In this document: piece by piece, positions 9,754-19,874 of the stretch
Numbering within the stretch: the stretch's first letter is position 1
Layout of the letters: each line of letters begins with the position of its first letter
DNA from: Rubrivivax sp.
Lineage (GTDB): Bacteria > Pseudomonadota > Gammaproteobacteria > Burkholderiales > Burkholderiaceae_C
Assembly: GCA_044226255.1 (NCBI GenBank)
Contig: JBGAHJ010000013.1
Span: 67,313 to 131,312 of the forward strand
DNA length: 64,000 bases
Direction: 5' to 3'
The notes under the pieces: generated by a model
What the model saw: the letters and a program-made list of their open reading frames with translations, nothing else
Databases searched by the model: none
What the model was told of the DNA's origin: nothing
Program-made: the position numbers and the translations under genes

Positions 9754-10815
9754 ATGCATCGTCGACGCGCCATCCAGACCTTGCTGTCGGCCGGCGGCCT
9801 TGCCGTGGCCGGCTGCGCACCGCCCGCCCGTCTGCCCGCGACGGACGGCCTGCGCGTGATGACCGTCAACGGCTGGATCGATGCCGCGGCACTCGGCGTC
9901 ACGCTGCCGCACGAACACCTGTTCGCGGATCTGAGGCCCCATGCCGAGCAGGCCGCCCAGCCGCTGAAGGTGGACATCGACGAGGCGGTGCAGGTCCTGC
10001 TGCCGCAGCTTCAGCGCGTGGCGCGCCACGGTTGCCGCAGCCTGGTGGAGTGCACCGCCACGAACCTGGGGCGGCACCCGCGGCTCATCCAGCGCCTCTC
10101 GCAGGCCAGCGGGCTGCACATGCTGACGGTCACGGGCGGCTATGCGGCGGCGGGGCGCCGCTTCGTGTCGGGCGAGCTGATGGCGCAGTCGGCAGACCAG
10201 CTGGCCGAGCGCTGGACACGCGAGTGGACCGAGGGCATCGACGGCAGCGGCATCCGCCCGGGCCTGATCAAGATCGGCGTTGACGAAGGTCCGCCCGAAG
10301 CACTGGAGACCCGGCTGCTGCAGGCGGCCGTGCAGACCCACCGCAACACCGGGCTCACGATCGCCTGCCACATCGGATCGTGGACCGAGAAGCACACCGA
10401 AGCCGGTCGCACCGCGATGCAGCAGCTGGCCGCGATCCGCCAGGCCGGCCTCAGCCCGTCGGCCTGGATCTGGGTGCATGCCCAGCACGAGGGCGACCTG
10501 CGGCAGCAGGTGTCGGTGGCCCGCGCAGGCGGATGGATCTCGTTCGACGACTTCCGCGAGGCGCAGCTTGCGCGTTATGTCGGCCTGCTGCAGACCCTGC
10601 GCCGGGAAGGTGTGCTGAACCGCGTGCTCGTTTCGCAGGACGCGGGCTGGTACACGGCCGGGCAGCCTCGCGGCGGCACGATCGCCCCCTACGAGCCGCT
10701 GTTCACCTCGCTGCTGCCGGCGCTGCGCGCGGCGGGTTTCTCCGAGGCGGAGATCCAGACCCTGGTCGTGACCAACCCCGCCCAGGCGCTGGCGGTGCGC
10801 GCGCGGGCGACCTAG
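9754..10815 (+). CDS. Phosphotriesterase-family amidohydrolase, predicted Tat lipoprotein (alternative start 9739)
   Basis: RRRAI twin-Arg plus AVAGC lipobox; TLPHEHL (HxH), GLIKIG (Lys), ACH, WVHAQ, VSQDAG. Confidence 0.9.
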   Translation: MHRRRAIQTLLSAGGLAVAGCAPPARLPATDGLRVMTVNGWIDAAALGVTLPHEHLFADLRPHAEQAAQPLKVDIDEAVQVLLPQLQRVARHGCRSLVECTATNLGRHPRLIQRLSQASGLHMLTVTGGYAAAGRRFVSGELMAQSADQLAERWTREWTEGIDGSGIRPGLIKIGVDEGPPEALETRLLQAAVQTHRNTGLTIACHIGSWTEKHTEAGRTAMQQLAAIRQAGLSPSAWIWVHAQHEGDLRQQVSVARAGGWISFDDFREAQLARYVGLLQTLRREGVLNRVLVSQDAGWYTAGQPRGGTIAPYEPLFTSLLPALRAAGFSEAEIQTLVVTNPAQALAVRARAT

Positions 10816-10895
10816 CGCTGCGTTGCTCGACGTCGTCCGGATCCTTTGGCGTGGCTCGCGCGTCATGGCATGCATCCAACGGACGGAGAACGGGC

Positions 10896-11648
10896 ATGAA
10901 GGCACTGGTGGGGCGTCGGGCCCTGGTCACGGGCGGCAGCGCAGGCCTCGGCCTGGGCGTGGTCGAGGCGCTGGTCGACCAGGGCGCGGAGGTGACGGTG
11001 GTGGCGCGGCGCGCCGACCGTCTGATCGAACTCGGGCAGCGGCTGGGCGTGTCCACCGTGCAGGGCGACATGGCGTCGCCTTCGGTCATCGAGAGCGCGC
11101 TGGCGGCCTCTTCGCCGGAGATCCTGATCCTCAACGGCGGGGCCGTGCCACACATGGCCCCGCTGCACGAGCAGACCTGGGAGTCCTTCAGCCGCAACTG
11201 GGAGGTCGACGTCAAGGCCAGCTTCCTGTGGGTCCAGGCCGCGCTCAACCGGCCGTTGCGGCCGGGGACGCGCGTCGTGCTGTCCTCCAGCGGTGCCGCG
11301 GTCAACGGCTCGCCGCTGTCGGGCAGCTACGCCGGCGCCAAGCGCATGATCTGGTTGATGGCGCAGTATGCGAACGCGACCTCGGCGGCCAAGGGCCTGG
11401 GGATCCGCTTCCAGGCCGTGATCCCGCTGCAGATCGTCGGCGACACCGACCTGGGGCGTGCCGCCGCCGAGGCCTACGCGCGGCAGCGCGGGGTGAGCCC
11501 GGCGGACCTGCTGGCCGGCTTCGGCGCGCCGCTGCTGCCCGCCGAGTACGGCAGGCGCATCGTCGAGATGCTGCTGGATCCGCGCTTCGACGCCGTTCCG
11601 GCCTTCACGGTGAAGGGCGGCGCCGGCGTGCAGGCGATGACGGCGTGA
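10896..11648 (+). CDS. SDR-family oxidoreductase
   Basis: ALVTGGSAGLG, ILNGGA, YAGAK (YxxxK). Confidence 0.9.
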   Translation: MKALVGRRALVTGGSAGLGLGVVEALVDQGAEVTVVARRADRLIELGQRLGVSTVQGDMASPSVIESALAASSPEILILNGGAVPHMAPLHEQTWESFSRNWEVDVKASFLWVQAALNRPLRPGTRVVLSSSGAAVNGSPLSGSYAGAKRMIWLMAQYANATSAAKGLGIRFQAVIPLQIVGDTDLGRAAAEAYARQRGVSPADLLAGFGAPLLPAEYGRRIVEMLLDPRFDAVPAFTVKGGAGVQAMTA

Positions 11649-11678
11649 CGGGCCGCGGCTGCGGAGCCGCGGTGGCGC

Positions 11679-12677
11679 TCAGTCCGCAGCGAGCGCCTGC
11701 GCGTCGCTGGCCGCGCCGGGGCCGAAGCTCATCGGCTCGCCTTGCCACCGGGTCCTGCGCAGGAACTGCTCCCACGTCAGCGCGTGCGGGTCGACCGTGC
11801 GGCTCCACTGCAGGTCCCGCCCGGGCGCGAAGTAGCCGTACTCGAAGATGTACTCCACCATCCCGGTGCACTCGCGAACGAAGGCTTCATGGGCGGCGAA
11901 GTGAGGGAAGTGATGCAGGAAGTCGGCGCGCGAGTAGGCGGATGCGTAGCGGGCCTTCCTGCCGCTCACGCGGGCGAAGGTGTCCACCATCTGCTGCGCG
12001 GTCAGGAATTCGCCGATCACCGGCATCGAGCGGCCGCTGTAGCGCTCGGGGTGGTCGAACATCTCGAGCACCGCGGGGCCGGTGGCCGTCAGCGGATCGC
12101 AGTAGGGGGCGGCCAGGTCCGGCGGCAGGTAGTGCGCGAAGGTGAGGCCGTCGGGCCCGGGCCTGGGCACGTAGTACTCGACGAAGTTGCTGTAGAAGAG
12201 CGCCAGGTAGACGAAGGAGCTGCGCATCGGCAGGCTGCGGATGTAGGCCTCGACCTTGGCCTTGTCCGTGAAGTGCGGGGCCCACTTGGTGCCCGCGGTG
12301 CGCTGCTCCACGTTCTCGAGCCCGCTGAACACCACGTGCTCGACGCCGGCATCGCGGGCTGCCGCCGCCAGTTCGGCGCCCAGCGTCAGCTCGGGCTCGG
12401 CGGGCGGTTCCTTCGCCACCGGCGGCGTCATGAGGAACGCGCCGTAGGAGCCGCGCAGGGCGGCCGCCAGCTCGGCCTGGCGCCCCATCTCCAGCGGCGC
12501 CACCACGATCTCGGCGCCACGTTCGGCCAGCTCGCGCGCCGGCGCGCTGTGCATGTTGCGGGTCAGCGCGCGCACGCGGTAGCGGCCGCTGGCCAGCAGC
12601 GATGCGGCGACGCTGCGGCCTTGCTTGCTGGTGGCGCCGGCCACGGATATCAGGGGCTTGGAAGAGGCAGGGGTCAT
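11679..12677 (-). CDS. NmrA/HSCARG-family protein
   Basis: ISVAGATSKQGRSV, HFTDKAKVEAYIR, FYSNF. Confidence 0.9.
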   Translation of the reverse strand: MTPASSKPLISVAGATSKQGRSVAASLLASGRYRVRALTRNMHSAPARELAERGAEIVVAPLEMGRQAELAAALRGSYGAFLMTPPVAKEPPAEPELTLGAELAAAARDAGVEHVVFSGLENVEQRTAGTKWAPHFTDKAKVEAYIRSLPMRSSFVYLALFYSNFVEYYVPRPGPDGLTFAHYLPPDLAAPYCDPLTATGPAVLEMFDHPERYSGRSMPVIGEFLTAQQMVDTFARVSGRKARYASAYSRADFLHHFPHFAAHEAFVRECTGMVEYIFEYGYFAPGRDLQWSRTVDPHALTWEQFLRRTRWQGEPMSFGPGAASDAQALAAD

Positions 12678-12795
12678 GGTGTTCCGGAAGGGGGTGGGAA
12701 GCGCCCGCAGGCAGCGGGGCGAGGACGTGGCAGAAAGTCTGCGTGCATCCCTGCCACCTGAGAAATCGATGATCTGCTGACCTACCATCCATGCC

Positions 12796-13755
12796 GTGGA
12801 TACCAAGCATCTGGACCTCAGGCTGCTCGTCACGCTGGAAACCTTGCTGGTCGAGCAGAACGTCACCCGGGCGGCCGGGCGGCTGCATCTGAGCCAGCCC
12901 GCCGTGAGCGCCCAGCTGAGCCGCCTGCGCGACCTGTTCGACGACCCGCTGCTGATCCCCGGGCGGCGCGGCATGACGCCCACGGCCAAGGCGCTCGAGC
13001 TGCTGGAGCCCTTGCGCGGCGCACTGGACCACCTGCGCGCGACGGTGGCCACGCACGGCTCGTTCGACCCCACCACGGCGCGGCTGAGCGTGACCATCGC
13101 CTGCACCGACTACCTGCAGGCAGCCGTGGCGATGCCGCTGTTGCGGCAGCTGCGCAGCCAGGCCCCGGGCCTGCGTCTGGCGCTGCGCAACCTCGACGTC
13201 TCGCAGCTCGACGCGCAGATGGCGCGCGGCGAGGTGGACCTGGCGCTGATGACGCCGCAGGCTGCGCCCCCGGGGCTGCGCACGCGGCATCTGTTCGACG
13301 AGCAGTACGTGCTGATCGGCCGGCGCGGGCATCCGCGGCTGCGCAAGGGACTCACGGTCGCGCAGTTCGCGGGCCTGGAACACGTCATCGTCTCCTTGCG
13401 CGGTGGCGACTTCGTGACGCCGGTCGACGAGGTGCTGGCCGCGCTCGGCCACCCGCGCAACGTGGTGCTGTCGGCGGCATCGTTCCTGTTCGTTCCGGAA
13501 CTGGTGGCGCAGTCCGACTTCGTCGCGCTCGTGCCGCAGCGCCTGGTGCGCGACCACGCGGACCGGCTGCGGGTCTTGCCGTGCCCGTTTCCGGTCGAGG
13601 GCTTCGAGGTCGGCATGGTCTGGCACGAGCGCAATCACGGCCACGGCGGCCAGCGCTGGGTGCGCGAGGCGGTGCGGGCCGTGGCTGGCGCGCAGCGACC
13701 GCGGACCCGGGCTGCGGCTGCGCCTGCGCGAGGCGGCCGCGCGCCCCGGCCTTGA
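12796..13755 (+). CDS. LysR-family regulator
   Basis: LDLRLLVTLETLLVEQNVTRAAGRLHLSQPAVS; divergent from nmrA. Confidence 0.95.
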   Translation: MDTKHLDLRLLVTLETLLVEQNVTRAAGRLHLSQPAVSAQLSRLRDLFDDPLLIPGRRGMTPTAKALELLEPLRGALDHLRATVATHGSFDPTTARLSVTIACTDYLQAAVAMPLLRQLRSQAPGLRLALRNLDVSQLDAQMARGEVDLALMTPQAAPPGLRTRHLFDEQYVLIGRRGHPRLRKGLTVAQFAGLEHVIVSLRGGDFVTPVDEVLAALGHPRNVVLSAASFLFVPELVAQSDFVALVPQRLVRDHADRLRVLPCPFPVEGFEVGMVWHERNHGHGGQRWVREAVRAVAGAQRPRTRAAAAPARGGRAPRP

Positions 13756-13776
13756 CGATCGGAGTCCTGTAGCGAC

Positions 13777-14823
13777 ATGCACCCCACCCAGTCAGCGCCG
13801 AGGGCTCAGCCGGACGAGACGGCGCCGGTCGACCTGCAGGGCCCGCTGGTGGTGGCCCTGGTGCACGACCGGCTGTGCACCTTCGAGTTCGCCATCGTGG
13901 CGGAGGTGTTCGGCATCGCGCGGCCGGAGATGGGCGCGGGCTGGTACCGCTACGCCAGCGCCGCGATCGAAGCCGGCCCGCTGCGCGCGCATGGCGGCCT
14001 CGTGGTCGCGCCTGCCGCCGGCATCGAACTGCTCGACGAGGCGGACCTCATCGTCGCCGCAGGCTGGAAGGGCGCCGAGGTGCCCGTGCCCGGCGAGCTG
14101 ACCGAGCGCCTGCGCGCGGCCTGGCACCGGGGCGCACGCCTGGCGTCCATCTGTTCGGGCGCCTTCGTCCTCGCCGCCACGGGTCTGCTCGCCGGCAAGC
14201 GGGCGGCCACGCACTGGCGCTATGCCGAGCGGCTCCAGCGCCGGCATCCGGAGATCACCGTCGACGCGGACGTGCTGTACGCCGAGGAGGACCGGATCTA
14301 CACGTCGGCGGGCAGCGCTGCGGGCATCGACCTCATGCTCCACATCGTGCGCCAGGACTTCGGCACCCAGGCCGCGAACAGTGTCGCGCGGCGCCTCGTG
14401 ATGCCACCGCATCGGGCCGGCGGCCAGGCCCAGTTCATCGAGCGGCCGGTCCCGACGGACCACACCCACCGGGTGGCGGGCGTGCTCGAGGCCGTTCGGG
14501 CGGATCTGGCGGCGCCCTGGACGGTCGAGCGCATGGCGCAGGTGGCCGTCATGAGCCCGCGGACCTTTCTTCGGCGCTTCACCGAAGCCACGGCGCTGGC
14601 ACCGGGGCAATGGCTGATCGCCGAGCGCGTGGCCCAGGCGCAGAGGCTGCTCGAGTCGAGCCGCCTGTCCGTCGAGCGCATCGCGGTCGAGGTGGGCTTC
14701 GGCAGCGTCCAGGCGATGCGCCATCACTTCCAGGCCCGTCTGGCGGTGGCCCCGCGGGACTACCGCCGCAGCTTCTCGCAGCCGGGAGGGCCGGACCCGG
14801 AGACCCTGCGACGCGGACCTTGA
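13777..14823 (+). CDS. ftrA: FtrA-like GlxA/AraC regulator
   Basis: DRLCTFEFAIVAEVFGIARPEMGAGWY, SICSGAFVLA, VMPPHRAGGQAQFIERP. Confidence 0.75.
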   Translation: MHPTQSAPRAQPDETAPVDLQGPLVVALVHDRLCTFEFAIVAEVFGIARPEMGAGWYRYASAAIEAGPLRAHGGLVVAPAAGIELLDEADLIVAAGWKGAEVPVPGELTERLRAAWHRGARLASICSGAFVLAATGLLAGKRAATHWRYAERLQRRHPEITVDADVLYAEEDRIYTSAGSAAGIDLMLHIVRQDFGTQAANSVARRLVMPPHRAGGQAQFIERPVPTDHTHRVAGVLEAVRADLAAPWTVERMAQVAVMSPRTFLRRFTEATALAPGQWLIAERVAQAQRLLESSRLSVERIAVEVGFGSVQAMRHHFQARLAVAPRDYRRSFSQPGGPDPETLRRGP

Positions 14824-14841
14824 TGCCGCCCAGACTCCTAG
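14824..14841. repeat. Solitary 18-bp copy of the MITE terminal repeat
   Basis: tgccgcccagactcctag identical to 44165-44182. Confidence 0.7.
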
Positions 14842-14843
14842 CC

Positions 14844-15869
14844 TCAGAACACCGCGTGGTCGCCGCGCTCCAGCACGGCCTCGCCGCGCAGCAGCCGCGC
14901 GTGGAAGTCGCTCAGCGTCTGGTGGCCGGTGGAGGGTGTCGCCGCCGCGTCGTAGCGCCCGGCGGCTGCGTCCCAGACCAGCATCGACTCGGTGGCGTAG
15001 TAGCGGCCGATGCGGGCCAGCTCGGCCTTGTCCGCCAGTGCGGGCAGCACGCGCCCCAGGGTGCCCAGCACGGCGACGATCGCATCCAGCAGCGCCACCG
15101 GCACCTGCCGGAAGCGCGGCGGACGCCCGAGCAGGGCGAACAGCTGCTCGCCCTGCTGGCGCGGCGTCAGCGCCGCGCCGGGGCCGCCGATCGGCAGCAC
15201 GCGGTTGTGGCGCGCCGGGTCGTCCAGGCAGCCGGCCAGGTACTCGCCGAGGTCGTCGTCGCCGATCGGCCTGCACGCGGTCAGCGTGCCGTCGCCGAAC
15301 AGCAGGAAAGGCTTGCCGGCCTGCACGCGCGCCACCTGGCCCGACAGCGACTTGAAGTAGGCCGTCGGGCGCACGATCGAATAGGTCAGCCCCGACCCGG
15401 CCAGCACCTGCTCGAACGCCAGCTTGGCGTGCTGGAACGCCAGCCGCGGCTTCTGCACGCAGATGGCCGACAGCAGCACCATGTGCCGGACCCCCGCGGC
15501 CCTGGCCGCCTCCAGGGCCAGCAGCTGCGCGTGGTGGTCGATGGCCCAGGCGTCGCGCGGCGCGCCGGTGCGCGAAGCCAGGCACGACACCAGCACGTCG
15601 AAGCGTTCGCCGCGCAATGCGTCGCGCGCCAGCGAGGCCGCGTCGCAGACGTCGCCCACGCGCACGGTGGCGCCGGGCAGGCGCTGCGCCCAGTCGGCGG
15701 GCGCCAGCCGGCCGCCGACGCCGGCCTTGGGGCGCACGACACACACCACCTCGTGCCCGCGCCGCAGCAGCGCGCGCACCGTGGCCTGGCCGATGGTGCC
15801 GGTGGCGCCGATGACCAGCACGCGGCGCGGCACCGGCGGGGTGGATTCGGGCGTGGCGTCTGCGGGCAT
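14844..15869 (-). CDS. bciA: Divinyl (proto)chlorophyllide 8-vinyl reductase BciA-like
   Basis: SCLASRTG..DAWAIDH, LLSAICVQKP..FQHAKL, SIVRPTAYFKSL.GQV, FGDG..TAC.PI, IGRYYATESML are BciA/DVR hallmarks. Confidence 0.75.
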   Translation of the reverse strand: MPADATPESTPPVPRRVLVIGATGTIGQATVRALLRRGHEVVCVVRPKAGVGGRLAPADWAQRLPGATVRVGDVCDAASLARDALRGERFDVLVSCLASRTGAPRDAWAIDHHAQLLALEAARAAGVRHMVLLSAICVQKPRLAFQHAKLAFEQVLAGSGLTYSIVRPTAYFKSLSGQVARVQAGKPFLLFGDGTLTACRPIGDDDLGEYLAGCLDDPARHNRVLPIGGPGAALTPRQQGEQLFALLGRPPRFRQVPVALLDAIVAVLGTLGRVLPALADKAELARIGRYYATESMLVWDAAAGRYDAAATPSTGHQTLSDFHARLLRGEAVLERGDHAVF

Positions 15870-15928
15870 GGCGGGCCTGCACCGTAGCAGACATCCCGGG
15901 TGGGCGCGGTGGCGGCCACGGCGCCGCG

Positions 15929-16951
15929 CTACAGCTGGCGCGGCAGGTCGAACCAGGGCAGCACGCCGCTCTCGAACCGGGTGAGCGCGCAGATGCGATC
16001 GCCCCGCAGCCCGAGCACGAAGAGGCCCGCGCCGCGCCATGCGCCCAGCGCGTCGCGCACGTAGGCGCCGTACGCCGGCTGTCCGTTCGCCCGCGTGGGC
16101 ACGAGCCGGAAGCGCCGGCCCGCGGCGAAGATCGCGGCGAACAGGCCGCGGGCCGCGGTCGCGCCCTCGTATTCCAGCGGCAACGGGGGCATCGAGACGA
16201 ACACGTCGTCGGTCAGCAGCGACACCAGGGCGTCGACGTCGGCGGCCTCGTAGGCGTCGACGAACCTCGCCGCCAGCGCCTGTTCGCCCGGCGAGCCGGG
16301 CGCGGGCGGGCCTTCGCCGGGCGCTCCGTCGACAGCCCCGGCGCGCGCCTGCAGGCCGGCCCGGGCGCGCTTGAGCGCGCTGTTGATGGCGTCCACCGAG
16401 CAGTCCAGCATGCGCGCGGCTTCCCGGGACTGGAACTCCAGCACGTCGCACAGCAGCAGCGCCGCCAGCTGGCGCGGCGGCAGGCGCTGCAGCGCCGTGA
16501 CGAAGGCCAGCGACAGGGTCTGCGCCCTTTCGTGGCGGGCCTGCGGGCCCGGCCCGGGGTCGATCAACACATCCAGCAGCGCGTCGGGATAGGGCTCGAG
16601 CCAGAGCACCTCGCCCCGTCGCGTGGGCTCGGGCGGGTCGACGCCGGGTATGTCCCATTCGCGCGCGGGCCGGCGGCTGGCGCTACGGCGCAGGTTCAGG
16701 CAGCGGTGGGTGGCGATCTGGTACAGCCAGGTGCGCAGTGACGCGCGACCCTCGAAGCCCGCCAGGGCCTGCCACGCGGCCAGCAGGGTGTCCTGCAGGG
16801 CGTCCTCGGCGTCCTGGAACGAGCCGAGCATGCGGTAGCAGTGCAGCTGCAGCTCGCGCCGGTGCGGCGCGATGGCGGCGCGGAAGGCTTCGCCGTCGCC
16901 GGCCTGCGCCTGCCGGATGAGGGGTGGGATCACGGGTCGAGTGTCGTCCAT
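15929..16951 (-). CDS. ECF sigma-70 factor with C-terminal SnoaL-like extension (SigG-type)
   Basis: HRRELQLHCYRMLGSFQDAEDALQ, WLEPYPD, INSALKRAR, PTRANGQPA. Confidence 0.9.
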   Translation of the reverse strand: MDDTRPVIPPLIRQAQAGDGEAFRAAIAPHRRELQLHCYRMLGSFQDAEDALQDTLLAAWQALAGFEGRASLRTWLYQIATHRCLNLRRSASRRPAREWDIPGVDPPEPTRRGEVLWLEPYPDALLDVLIDPGPGPQARHERAQTLSLAFVTALQRLPPRQLAALLLCDVLEFQSREAARMLDCSVDAINSALKRARAGLQARAGAVDGAPGEGPPAPGSPGEQALAARFVDAYEAADVDALVSLLTDDVFVSMPPLPLEYEGATAARGLFAAIFAAGRRFRLVPTRANGQPAYGAYVRDALGAWRGAGLFVLGLRGDRICALTRFESGVLPWFDLPRQL

Positions 16952-17075
16952 CCGGCTTAGACACCGCGCCGCGCCGCAACTGGGCGGCGGCCGGCGCGCG
17001 CCCGGTTTCGAGCGGTCGGGGTGTCTACAACGTCGGCAGGTCATGGGACCGGCCGCCCAACGAAAGGAACTCGAG

Positions 17076-17867
17076 ATGATGCTGAAGGACAAGGTCGCCG
17101 TGGTCTACGGCGCCGCAGGTCATATCGGCGCCGCGGTCGCGCGCGCCTTCGCCGCCGAAGGCGCCCAGGTCCACCTCACCGGGCGCCAGCTGGCGGCCCT
17201 GGAACCCGTCGCCGCCGCCGTGCGCAGCGCCGGCGGGCGGGCGGAAGTGGCACAGGTGGACGCGCTCGACGAGCGGGCGATCGATGCCCACCTGCAACGC
17301 GTGACCGAGCAGACCGGCCGGATCGACATCTCGCTCAACGCGGCCGGCTTCTCGAACGCCAGCGCGCTGGGCGTGCCGCTGGTGGAGCTGGACCTGGAGC
17401 GCTTCCGCTCGCCGGTGTCGGACTACGCGACGTCGTACTTCCTCACGGCGCGCCTGGCCGCGCGCCGCATGCTGCCGCGCAAGTCCGGGGTCATCATGAC
17501 CGTCACGGCGTTGCCGGGGCGCGTCGGCACCGCCCTCAACGGCGGCTACGGTGCCGCGCAGGCGGCCAAGGACGCCCTGACGCGCGACCTCTCCACCGAA
17601 CTGGCGCCGCACGGCATCCGCGTGGTCGCCGTGCGCCCGCACGGCCTGCCCGAGACGCGCACGATGAGGGAGGCCTTCGAGCTGAAGGCGTCGCGCGCGG
17701 GCATGAGCTGGGAGCAGTTCACCACCTTCCTGGCCAACTGGAGCCACGCGCGGCGCGTGATGTCGATCCAGGAACTGGCGGACGCGGCGGTGTTCGTGGC
17801 ATCCGACCGGGCCCGCGGCATGACCGGCACCACGATGAACCTGACCCTGGGCGGCGCGCCCGACTGA
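17076..17867 (+). CDS. SDR-family oxidoreductase
   Basis: VAVVYGAAGHIG, IDISLNAAG, YGAAQAAK, LAPHGIRVV. Confidence 0.9.
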   Translation: MMLKDKVAVVYGAAGHIGAAVARAFAAEGAQVHLTGRQLAALEPVAAAVRSAGGRAEVAQVDALDERAIDAHLQRVTEQTGRIDISLNAAGFSNASALGVPLVELDLERFRSPVSDYATSYFLTARLAARRMLPRKSGVIMTVTALPGRVGTALNGGYGAAQAAKDALTRDLSTELAPHGIRVVAVRPHGLPETRTMREAFELKASRAGMSWEQFTTFLANWSHARRVMSIQELADAAVFVASDRARGMTGTTMNLTLGGAPD

Positions 17868-17907
17868 CGCGCGCGCCAGGCGCGGCGGGTCTTGGTAGCC
17901 TCGCACC

Positions 17908-18717
17908 ATGCTCGCCCGCGTCGAAGCCTGCATCGTCTACCCCGTCAAGGCCTGTGCCGGCCTGGTGGTGGACGAGCTGCGTGTCGACGCCTCGGGCGAC
18001 GTGCGGGGCGACCGCGAGTGGGTGGTGGTGGACGCGAGCGGCACCGTCACCTGGCTCGGCGCGCTGCCGCGCCTGGTGCTGCTGCAGCCGGCCTTGCGCA
18101 ACGGCCGCACGGGGCTGGCGCATGGCGGCGCCTTCGTGCCGCTGCCCGGGCCCGGCGAGGGGCGCCCCTGCGAGCTTGCGGCATGGGACGGCGCGGCCGC
18201 GCGCCACGTGACGATGGGGGCCGAGGACGCCGGCGATGCGGTGGCGCGGTTCGCTTCGGAGGTCGCCGGCGCGCCGGTGCGCGTCGCGCGCCCGCGGGTG
18301 CCCGACCACCGCGTCAACCCGCTGCACCTGGCCAGCGTGCGCTCGGTGCGCGAGGCTCTGGCGCTGGCCTCGGACGACGAGGCCCGCGCGGCGCTGCCGC
18401 GTTTTCGCGCCAACCTCGTGCTGGGGCCGGTGGCGGATGACATGCCGCCCTTCATCGAGGACCACGCCCGCGCCGTCGTGTTCGACGCCGACCCCGGGGC
18501 GCCGCGGCTGGAGGTGTACGCCCCGTGCGAGCGCTGCGTCTGCGTCGACGTGGACCCCGCCACGGCCGCCACCGGCCGCGAGACGCTGGCGGCGGTGGCG
18601 CGCGAGAGCCAGCGGCGCGCGCCGCGGGCGCCGGTGCAGTTCGGCGTCTATGCCCGCGCCGCGGGTGCAGGGGTCGTCCGACGCGGCACACTCTGCCGCC
18701 TGGAACTCGACTTCTAG
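17908..18717 (+). CDS. MOSC-domain protein
   Basis: [25 protein letters not shown]. Confidence 0.85.
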   Translation: MLARVEACIVYPVKACAGLVVDELRVDASGDVRGDREWVVVDASGTVTWLGALPRLVLLQPALRNGRTGLAHGGAFVPLPGPGEGRPCELAAWDGAAARHVTMGAEDAGDAVARFASEVAGAPVRVARPRVPDHRVNPLHLASVRSVREALALASDDEARAALPRFRANLVLGPVADDMPPFIEDHARAVVFDADPGAPRLEVYAPCERCVCVDVDPATAATGRETLAAVARESQRRAPRAPVQFGVYARAAGAGVVRRGTLCRLELDF

Positions 18718-18722
18718 CTGCC

Positions 18723-19874
18723 ATGAACCCACAAGGTCCGCTGAAGGATCTGCGCGTGATCGAACTCGCCGCCATCGGCCCGGTGCCGCTGGCCGGCATG
18801 CTGCTGTCGGACCTGGGTGCCGACGTGGTGCGCATCGACCGCCTGGAGCCCAGCGGCCTGGGCCTGGCGATGGACCCGGCCCACGACGTCAACGCACGCG
18901 GGCGGCGCTCGGTGGCGCTGGACCTGAAGTCGCCGGCCGGCGTGGACGCGGCGCTGCGCCTGGTCGACCGTGCCGACGTGCTGCTCGAGGGCCTGCGCCC
19001 CGGCGTCACCGAGAAGCTCGGCCTCGGCCCCGCGGCGTGCCAGGCGCGCAACCCGGGCCTGGTCTACGGCCGCATGACCGGCTTCGGCCAGGCCGGCCCG
19101 CTGGCGCAGGCCGCCGGCCACGACCTCAACTACATCGCGCTCAGCGGCGTCCTGCACGCCATCGGCCCGGCCGGCGGCAGGCCGGTGCCGCCGCTGAACC
19201 TGGTGGGCGACTACGGCGGTGGCGCGCTCTACCTCGCGTTCGGCGTGATGGCCGCGCTGTTCGAGCGCCAGCGCTCGGGCCGCGGGCAGGTGGTGGACGC
19301 GGCGATGGTGGACGGCGCGGCGTCGCTGGCGTCGATCTTCTGGGGCCTGCAGGCCGCCGGCAGCTGGAGCGGCCCGCGCGGCGAGAACCTGCTGGACGGC
19401 GGCGCGCCGTTCTACGACACCTACGAGACCGCCGACGGCCGCCACATCAGCCTGGCGCCGCTGGAGCCCAAGTTCTTCGCGACGCTGGCGGCCGCGCTGG
19501 AGCTCGACCCCAAGTTCGCGCCGCGCCAGTACGACCGCCGCCTGTGGCCCGAGATGCGCGCGGCCATCGCCGCCAGGGTGAAGCAGCACCCGCGCGACGA
19601 GTGGTGCCGGCGCCTCGAAGGCAGCGACGCCTGCTTCGCGCCGGTGCTCTCGTTCGACGAGGCGGCCGCGCACCCGCACGCCCGTGCGCGCGAGGCCTTC
19701 GTGACGGTGGACGGCGTCACGCAGCCGGGCCCGGCGCCGCGCTTCGACCGCACCCCCGCGGCCATGCCGCGCCGCGCGCCGCGCACCGGCGAGCACACCG
19801 ACGAGGTGCTGCGCGAGGCCGGCTTCGGCGCCGCCGAGATCGCCGCGCTGCGCGGCGCCGGGGTGGCGAAGTGA
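18723..19874 (+). CDS. CaiB/BaiF CoA-transferase (alpha-methylacyl-CoA racemase-like)
   Basis: [38 protein letters not shown]. Confidence 0.95.
   Translation: MNPQGPLKDLRVIELAAIGPVPLAGMLLSDLGADVVRIDRLEPSGLGLAMDPAHDVNARGRRSVALDLKSPAGVDAALRLVDRADVLLEGLRPGVTEKLGLGPAACQARNPGLVYGRMTGFGQAGPLAQAAGHDLNYIALSGVLHAIGPAGGRPVPPLNLVGDYGGGALYLAFGVMAALFERQRSGRGQVVDAAMVDGAASLASIFWGLQAAGSWSGPRGENLLDGGAPFYDTYETADGRHISLAPLEPKFFATLAAALELDPKFAPRQYDRRLWPEMRAAIAARVKQHPRDEWCRRLEGSDACFAPVLSFDEAAAHPHARAREAFVTVDGVTQPGPAPRFDRTPAAMPRRAPRTGEHTDEVLREAGFGAAEIAALRGAGVAK

Noticed and set aside
16872-17075. Long N-terminal extensions in ORF-track calls (also 7467, 10380, 11679-13106, 14844-16658, 18236, 23048-25510, 25189-28443, 37478-39301)
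   Set aside because: Upstream in-frame starts run through neighbouring genes; true starts were placed by family N-termini and RBS or overlap patterns.
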